A stretch of DNA of 64,000 bases, taken from NCBI RefSeq assembly GCF_009914755.1, contig NC_060927.1. The stretch is one strand, 5' to 3'. Made by a program: the position numbers and the translations under genes. Shown here piece by piece: positions 56,307 to 64,000 of this stretch (within the stretch, counting starts at the first letter, position 1; each line of letters starts with the position of its first letter). Below the pieces are notes generated by a model that saw only the letters and a list, made by a program, of their open reading frames with translations, was not told where the DNA came from and made no database searches. This stretch comes from the human T2T-CHM13v2.0 reference genome, Homo sapiens.

Positions 56307-57764
56307 TCATCAAGACCTACATGAAAAAATAGTACCATTCACTATATGATATAAACAAGTGCTTGATTGAAAAGTAAACACACTCTCCTCCTAAATGGGA
56401 AGTCCTGTCATTCTAAGGATGTCACATGTGCCCACATTAATCTGTAAGTTTACTGAAGTTCAAGTAAAAATCTTTACAGTTTTTCTGTTTTTGTTTTTTG
56501 CTTAGAATAAAGGCAGAACTTAATGAACCTAAATTTGATTTGGAGAAAAAAGTGGGTAGAGAAATGTAGGGAGTGAACAGAGCCTTTTGGAAGAGGGAAT
56601 GGGAGACTTTACTAGATATAAATATGAATGTAAAAGCCAAAATATTTTAAAATGTACTGTCAGTAAAAACTTATGCAGATGTAGATGGATCAATAGAAAT
56701 AGAACAAACCGTAGTTATAAATTTAAGTGGATATTAAATGTCATATAAAATGAATTGTAATATGGATTGATAACTCAGCAAATACTGAAAAAATGGTCTA
56801 TTTTAATACTTAGATCAATACCACTTCAAACAAAAGCGCATTACTCTGAAACTTAAATATAGAAATAATCACATACTACTATACGAAAATACAGAATGTT
56901 TCTAACTTTTAAGCAAGGACTTCCTCAGCCTGATTTTAGTCGAATAACTATAATAGAGGAAGATGTTTCTTTAAAAAACTAAATTCTGTAAAACACGAAT
57001 TCTTTATAAACACAAAGTCATATATAAACAAATGTTTATTGCAGTATTTTTTATTACATCCAAAAACCATGCACCTAAATGTCCACCAGGAAATGGACAG
57101 ATAAATAAAAATGATTTGCTCTTACCAAAAATGTTAAAATAACTTTAAATAATGATAAGGTGGGTCTACATGTATGGACCTGGAAAAATGCCATTACATT
57201 TTCAGAGGACAAAAACACTCATAAAATAGGATGTAATATGTGATCTCATTTTTATAATTCCACGTCTTTGCATTTTTGTCTGTCTTTTGTGTGTAGAAAA
57301 AGAAAATAATGTGAAACTAATACCAACTTCAAGAATTAAGGGGATGAAATTACACAGTGGAGATTTTTAACTTTATTTTTATATATTCTGAAATATTTGA
57401 ATGGTGAACAGTCATTGCTTTAATAATTGGAAAAAGTAGAGCTATTTCCAATTTGGGTTAAAAAAGTCAGTGGGACATTATCGTCTATATTCTACCTGTA
57501 TGATTGAGATCCTAAGCCAAACCAATTCTTAGAGATATTCTGAATGACATATCCCAAAGCGCAGGTAAGTACACTCACTGTTAGACTCTGCTCATAGTTA
57601 TGAGGGAAACATAGTCTCCAGTCACATCAAAAACCATGAAAGACAAGAAAAGATCATTAGTATACTGTATTTACTTGAGTTACTTACTGAATAGTATGTA
57701 CTGGGCTCTTGGTGTGTTTGGTATTAATATTGACTGTTGGGTTCTAGTCTAGACTCTTGGTTCT

Positions 57765-57940
57765 GTGGTGCTGTCATCTATACCATTGGTCCTTGGAACA
57801 GGAGCACCTAGGAACTTGTTAGAAACAGAAAGTCTCAGACTTCATTCCTGACCTCGTGAATCAGAAATTTCTGGAGCCCACGCTCAATCAGCAAGCACTC
57901 CAGGTGATTCTGATGGATCCGAATGTTTGAGAACCACTGC
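57765..57940 (+). mobile_element. MER5A MITE
   Basis: CACCTAGGAACTTGTTAGAAA…CTCCAGGTGATTCTGATG…TTTGAGAACCACTG. Confidence 0.8.
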
Positions 57941-58051
57941 TCTGCTGCATCCAGGGGAAAGCTATTTACTAAGTCAAGTTTTATTGTAAGTTGATCTTTC
58001 TCTTTTGAGTATATCAGAATTTATTAAGAATGATTAGAAAATTGATTGCAA

Positions 58052-58454
58052 ACCAAAGAGTGGATAAAGAAAATGGGGCATATATACACCATGGAATACT
58101 ACTCAGCCATAAAAAAAAACGAAATAATGTCTTTTTCAGCAACTTAGATGGAGCTGGAGGCCATTATTCTAAATGAAGTAACTCAGAAATGGAAAACCAA
58201 ACATTGTATGTTCTCACTTATAAGTGGGAGCCAAGCTATGAGGATGCAAAGGCATAAGAATGATTTAATGGACTTTGGGGACTTGAGGGGAAGGGTGAAA
58301 TGGGGGTGAGGCATAAAAGACTACATATTGGGTACAGTGTTCATTGCTTGGGTGATGGCTGCAACAAAATCCCGGAAATCACCACTGAAGGACTTATCCA
58401 CGTAACCAAAAACCACCTGTACCCTAAAAACGATTGAAATAAAAAACAAAAAAA
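58052..58454 (+). mobile_element. L1PB-type 3' end, 5' truncated
   Basis: GTTCTCACTTATAAGTGGGAGCCAAGCTATGAGGATGCAAAGG; degenerate 16-bp TSD AGAAAATTGATTGCAA / AGAAAACTGGTGGCAA. Confidence 0.9.
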
Positions 58455-58469
58455 AGAAAACTGGTGGCA

Positions 58470-58860
58470 AGTAGGCCAGCCCATGAAAGCCGTTTAATAC
58501 TTGGTTAAGTAGACTGACATTCTTTTCGTAGATGGTAGGGAGCTTTAAAGATTTCTGAATGTGAGAAGGACATGAGTGGTTGATGTCCATCAGGACAACT
58601 GCTCTAGCTGCAGTGTATAGCAGATTGCAGGAGACTGACAGTGGAGATGGAGAGCCAAGTTAGAAGGCAATTAAATAGGTCAAGCAAGAGGTAGTAAAAA
58701 CCTGGATTGGAGTAGAGGAAATGGAATTGGAAAAGAGACAAATGAGAAAGAGAGATTGTGAAAGTGAGAACAGTGCTTGGTCCCTGATGGCATGTAGGGG
58801 CCAAAAGAGAAGAAAGGCAAAGATGATTGACGTTTTAAGCCTATGTGACAGGTATTATTG
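58470..58860 (-). mobile_element. L2 fragment
   Basis: GGTAGGGAGCTTTAAAGATTTCTGA…GAGCCAAGTTAGAAGGCAATT. Confidence 0.6.
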
Positions 58861-59499
58861 GCACTACAGATCAGAACAACTATCAGTGATCTGCAACGTG
58901 GTAGATTGTGCTGATATCAGTCATCACACAGAAGATTGGTTTGTTTGGATTTCTAAATTGGGGCTTTTCAGTTCATTGGAAGGATGGTTAAAAATCTCAA
59001 TGATTAGCATTAGAACAAAAGAGAACAGAAATACAGTTGAGTACTTTGCCAGACTCATCAAATATGATTTTGATGGGCTAAGAACTCCTAACGAGGACAC
59101 AGTGATCAACTGAGCAAACAGACCATTTGGCTTGAACAGAAATGTCAACATAGGCATAATCTACTAAGTTGCTAATTAGGGATGGTACTAGCCGGTTGAT
59201 GGACTTCAGCCAAGACATACAGAATGGTGAGAAGCCAGTGCACAGAGCCTCTGGGAATCTGAATGATCAATTATTTTTCATCCCATAATGTAATTTACCT
59301 GTATTAGAATTTATATGCAGAATTAAACACTCCTTCTTCAGAGTTTCCACAGTATTCTAGATTTTTATTGAAGTATTTATTTTAATGGTTTATTTATCTT
59401 GGGCAGAGCTTTTTGTGGGGATATCAAACTGTTAATGGATAGAAAGGGATAGATTGAATATTCCTGAGAGTTGGATCAGTGTGAAGTAAAGTTGAAGTT

Positions 59500-59672
59500 G
59501 GTTATACTATGGCAAGTATGATGTAGAGAAAATCTTTCGGATGTTCGAAGGTCAACTCAGCTACTTACTTCCTTTTATAATTTGGTTCGACTTGAACACT
59601 ATGATTCCTCATTTGTTAAATAGAAATAATAATAATAGTTTACCTCATAGGGTTATTATAAGAATTAAATCT
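59500..59672 (+). mobile_element. MIR SINE
   Basis: TTCCTCATTTGTTAAATAGAAATAATAATAATAGTTTACCTCATAGGGTTATT. Confidence 0.65.
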
Positions 59673-60203
59673 AAAATCCAGTTGACTTGAACTCTAAAAG
59701 ATAAAATAAAATTTGAAAAAGAACTAAAGGAAAAAATAATTAAATAAAATTATGCATATGCAATGTTAAAAAACAGAATCGGAAAAATAATTTCTCAAAG
59801 AGGGTAGCTGTTGTTGCTATTATCGTTGTTTTATTTTATTGTCAAACAGGCTGTGAGAGTCAACTAGAAGGGTGACGATCTTGAGGTAAGAAGTTTTTGC
59901 ATCCCTCTAGCATATTTTACAAGCAGCATCAGGTACAAGCTAAATGAGTGTCGCTGAGCCTGAACTTGTTTGGTGAGTAGTTGAATAAGGGAATGATAAG
60001 GCCCACATTCATTTATTTTTACTTTTAAGGTAGAAGGGTGCAGCAACTTGGTTTCTGCAGAATGTATCACTTGCTGTCTTTTCCGTGGAAAAGAGGCTAT
60101 AGTTGTTCATTCAGATTGAACAACTGATTGTAAAATTGTAATACCCCTAGATGGAGGTGTATAAGAAAACTAAGCCATTTCTTTTCTTATAAATATGCAT
60201 ACA

Positions 60204-60998
60204 TGTCTTAGTTCATTCATGCTTCTCTAACAGCATAACATAGACTGGGTGGCTTATAAGCAACAGACATTTATTTCTCAAAGTTCTGGAGACTGGGATT
60301 TCCAAATCAAGGAGCTGGCAAATTGGATGTCTGGTGAGGGCCCACTTCTGGTTCATAGCCAGCCTTCTTCTCTCTGAGTTCTCACAGGGTGTAAAGGACC
60401 AAGGAACTCTCCTGAGTCTCTTTGATGAGGGCACTAATCTCATTCAAAAGGGTTCCACCCTCATGATCTAATCATCTACCAAAGGCCTTACCTCCTAATA
60501 GTATCTCTGATAGGCCAGTCTTGTGTTGCCAGAAATGAACATTCTCAAGTTCATTTCATGCCAGAAAGGAATATCTGAGACTGGGTAATTTATTTTAAAA
60601 AGAGGTTTAATTGACTCACAGTTCTGCAAGTGGTATAAGCATGGCATTGGCATCTGCTCAGCTTCTGGAGAGGCCTCAGGGAGCTTTCAGTCATGGCAGA
60701 AGGCAAAGCAGGAGCGGGCACATCACATGGCAAAAGCAGGAGCAAGAGAGTGGGGAAGTGCCACATATTTTCAAACAACTGTATATGGACACTCATTATT
60801 GTAAGGACAGCACGAAGCCATGAGGGATCCTCCCCCATGATCCAGTCACTTCCCACCAGGCCCCATCTCCAAAACTGGAGTTTACAATTCAACATGAGAT
60901 TTGGGTGGGGTCAAATGTTCCAACTATATCACTATCACATTGGTGATTAGGATTTCAGCATTTGAATTTGCAGGGGACATAAATATTTGATCTATGGA
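60204..60998 (-). mobile_element. MLT1A0 LTR split by an MST LTR
   Basis: TGTCTTAGTTCATTC…CCTCCTAATAGTATC / CTATCACATTGGTGATTAGGATTTCAGCA. Confidence 0.85.
60506..60931 (-). mobile_element. MSTA/MSTB LTR
   Basis: CTGAGACTGGGTAATTTAT…CATGGCAGAAGGCAAAGCAGGAGC…CCAACTATATCA; TSD GTATC/CTATC. Confidence 0.9.
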
Positions 60999-61099
60999 AA
61001 TATGTATAAGACATTTATTTAATCTATAAAATAAGATCTCTAATGAATGTGTTATAAAAGGTAGCTTCTAGGTTCACTGTCCTATTTTAGGAAACTTGC

Positions 61100-61410
61100 A
61101 AATGTTCATTAGTCTCCTAAACCTCTGCCGATAGCTTGCCTTTTCTTTGTGACCTTGGATTTTTTTTTTGTAGGATTCCCTGTCTAGAATATCCTAGCTT
61201 GTTTTTCCTAAACATGGAAATCACTAATCCTTCATGGCCGAGTTTACCATCCTTCTCCTTAGTAATTTCGCTTTATTTCAACAAGGAAAAAAAGTCTGAG
61301 AAATTCTGTAGCACTTTGGTCCATTGTTATGACATGCATTTCAAATGACCTAACACTGTTTATATTTGTGTAGAAATTTTATTTATCTTATTAGATTGTA
61401 AACTCCATAC
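61100..61410 (+). mobile_element. L2 3' fragment
   Basis: TTCCCTGTCTAGAAT…TTAGATTGTAAACTCC. Confidence 0.5.
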
Positions 61411-63490
61411 AAGAAAGCTGAAAAAATAAAATTAAGAATACGGGGAAAGGTTTGAAGCAGAAGGTCAGAGACAGAGGCTTCTTCAATGCCATACAGAGGA
61501 TTGGGCTTGAGTAGTAACTACTGCTTGATACCAGATGACTTAATCTCTCTAACCATGATGTAATGAACCAGAGGTGGGTCCCTGTCCCCAAAGGACTGTG
61601 ATCCTTAATAAGTGACTTGGTAAGAGCTCTGGCTAACTGGTGTGTTGAAAATGTCACAACACCCTAACCTGATCTGATCATACAGACAGAATGAGCAGAG
61701 TGATTGGACTAAAGCTAAAAGGCAGAGAGAGGGCAATGATATTACAGGCAAGCAGCTAGCACAGCAAAAAATTCAATGTAAATAAAATAGTAGAGTTAGG
61801 AGAAGATTATCTGCCCTCTTTACCAACCCCTTCATCTTTAAGTTAAATCTCATGAACTCAAGTTACCTGAAAATATGGTTTATTCCATGTATGTGAAAAA
61901 AGGCCTGACTAGTACAGCATCATTTTGTAATCTCTTTGGCAGAAATGATTCTTTTTATATGTTGAGTCTAAATGCACTGCCTTGTAGCTTCCATGCACAG
62001 GTACTTGTCATGCTTCCTGAAATCACACAGAACATGCATTAACTATGTAGCCAATGACAGGCCTTCTAGGATGAGCAGATTCTTCAACAGTAGGGAGATG
62101 TCTTTCACAGGAAACGAATGAGTATTTGTCAGGGCTTCACTTGATATACTTTCTACCACTGTCCCGGTAAGGAATAGCAGAATATAAATAAAGGGTCTAA
62201 TATGTACTTATTAATGAGTTTGCTAAATAGAATATATATACCACTTAGTGAGTGGTACTATGATTGTTTTGGGTACATACCTAAGATTAGCTTTTGTTTT
62301 AATAGTAGAAATATGTATATATTATTATGTATATTAGGAAAATATAACCAGCATGGAAAACCCATGGCTTCCTTGAGTCTATTCATTAAGACAAATGGAA
62401 AATACATATTTAAATTTAAAATAAGAATTTAACAATGCTAAGTAAACAGTTCTAGTGGTATGCACATATGGCCAACATAATGGAGGATGTTTGCTAATGA
62501 TGGTAATTAGTATAACACTGCTTTAAGAAAAAGTGTCAACAGATTAGCATGATATGCCACAAGCAAACTGGACCAAGATTATCACTTTTATTTTTGCTTT
62601 CTAATTTCAGCGGTTAAATTTTAAGATATTTGATATAGCTTAGGAGATTGATTGCTTTGAAAACCAACTTAAATATGAAATAAAGAAACTATACTAGCAC
62701 AAGTAATGCAAGAAATAAACATCACTTCAAGGTCAATATCAAGAAATTGGAACCCTTTCTGAATTTATAAGAATATTTTGAGAAACAACTTTCCTGTCAA
62801 ATGGAAGTCAGGAGAAAATCAACAAAGAGTCACCTTTGTACCCAAGAAAACCTATAGACACATGTAACAGCATGCAGAAATATAAAGGTAAAAAAATCAC
62901 TCAAGAGTCAGTGAGAATTTTTTTTAGTAAAGGTCATTTGATGTCCACTTCCTTGTATATCAAATAGTTAAATGCGGATGAAAGCAGGAGATATGAATAA
63001 TACTAGACCGTGTATCCATTAAGGAATCATGAAAACAAAAGTTTAAAGCAAGAATTGCTAAAACCAAGTGTTTTCTCAAAAGAGCTCTTAAGTCAAATGT
63101 AGAGGTAAGAATATATGACTTTATCACTGTATCATTTTATTACAGGATGGAATTCAACATTTTCAATGTGATTTTCATGTATTTTATTGATTTGGGAAGG
63201 TTAGCGATTAAATATTGTTAATAACATTCTACCTGGTTTCTCAACATCTCATATCTTTTTTCCTCTGACCCATCAGAAATACTACTGGCACACTTGTCTC
63301 CCCAGTGCACTTCTTGGATTGTTTTTGCTCCTCTGCTCACCACACTTCTTGAGGCTCCTTCCTGAATTCCTCCATACATATGAATTCTTTAGCAGGCTAT
63401 TCAGCATGCCTGTGCTGTCTGTGCCAAATCTAACTTCCAGTCATTTTCCTTTGCACTTGTGTTTGGCTACTTAGGTTTATCTTAATATGC

Positions 63491-63532
63491 TCTATATGCC
63501 AGGGCTCTTCAGAGAAGCAGAACCAATGGGAT

Positions 63533-63589
<57 letters not shown>

Positions 63590-63805
63590 CTCCAGGAAAC
63601 TTCAGTTTTTACATTTAAGGCTTTCAGCTGATTGGATGAAGATCACCCACATTAAGGAGAATAATCTCCTTTACTTAAGCTGAATTGATTATAGATGTTA
63701 ATCCTATCAACAAAATACTTTCAAAGCAATATCAAGACTAGTGTTTGACCAAACAACTGGGCCCCAGAGCCTAGCCAAGGTGACGCATAAAATTTAACCA
63801 TCACA
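63491..63805 (-). mobile_element. MLT2-family LTR inserted in an L2 fragment
   Basis: CAGGGCTCTTCAGAGAAGCAGAACCAATGGGA…CCTAGCCAAGGTGACGCATAAAATTTAACCATCACA. Confidence 0.85.
63533..63587. repeat. (TG)n microsatellite
   Basis: Seen directly. Confidence 0.95.
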
Positions 63806-64000
63806 ATTGCCTTGCTTTTCTTTCTCTATCGTCTGGATTTTAAAATTTTTTATACTTTACCTTATATGTCCTTATTCCATATTCCTAAATTTGAATACCC
63901 TTCAAGCCCCAGCTCATTTCTCTCTTATTTTCAAAGTCATTACCATTCACTTCATCCTGGAATGGTAGCTAGGACCTGTGAAATTCTGTAGCAGGATGCA

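Noticed and set aside
57533-57570. Micro-exon ending at a perfect donor CAG|GTAAGT
   Set aside because: The upstream acceptor lacks a good pyrimidine tract; isolated consensus donors are expected by chance
58860-58922. Imperfect hairpin (ATCAGAACAACTA … TAGATTGTGCTGAT) as a pre-miRNA
   Set aside because: The stem is too short and imperfect; more likely a decayed MITE or chance

Overview
AT-rich, repeat-dense, non-coding primate DNA; AluY elements make it catarrhine, probably hominoid. It is intronic or intergenic, and I cannot name the locus. No protein-coding gene, tRNA/rRNA, CRISPR array or CpG island is supported. The listed ORFs are short and are either chance or derived from Alu, L1 or LTR sequence. 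The window is a mosaic of about 18 Alus (J, S and Y, including one AluYd-type), L1 pieces, MIR/L2/L3 relics, MaLR/ERVL LTRs (THE1B, MST, MLT1, MLT2, MER21), DNA transposons (MER5, MER20, MER46C, Charlie-like) and (CA/TG)n microsatellites. The L1 pieces include a long, fragmented ancient L1ME-type element at ~50.1-57.4 kb. I found no convincing new biological system. The observations most worth checking are: a dispersed ~92%-identical 172-bp local duplication; three AluY copies sharing non-consensus GC-gaining variants, two of them a close inverted pair; a twin-primed ancient L1; an Alu-L1 fusion; several micro fold-back (dup-inv-dup) scars; a CpG-retaining candidate CTCF site; and a few candidate + strand exons. 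Repeat subfamily names come from my recall of consensus sequences, and boundaries of old elements are approximate.
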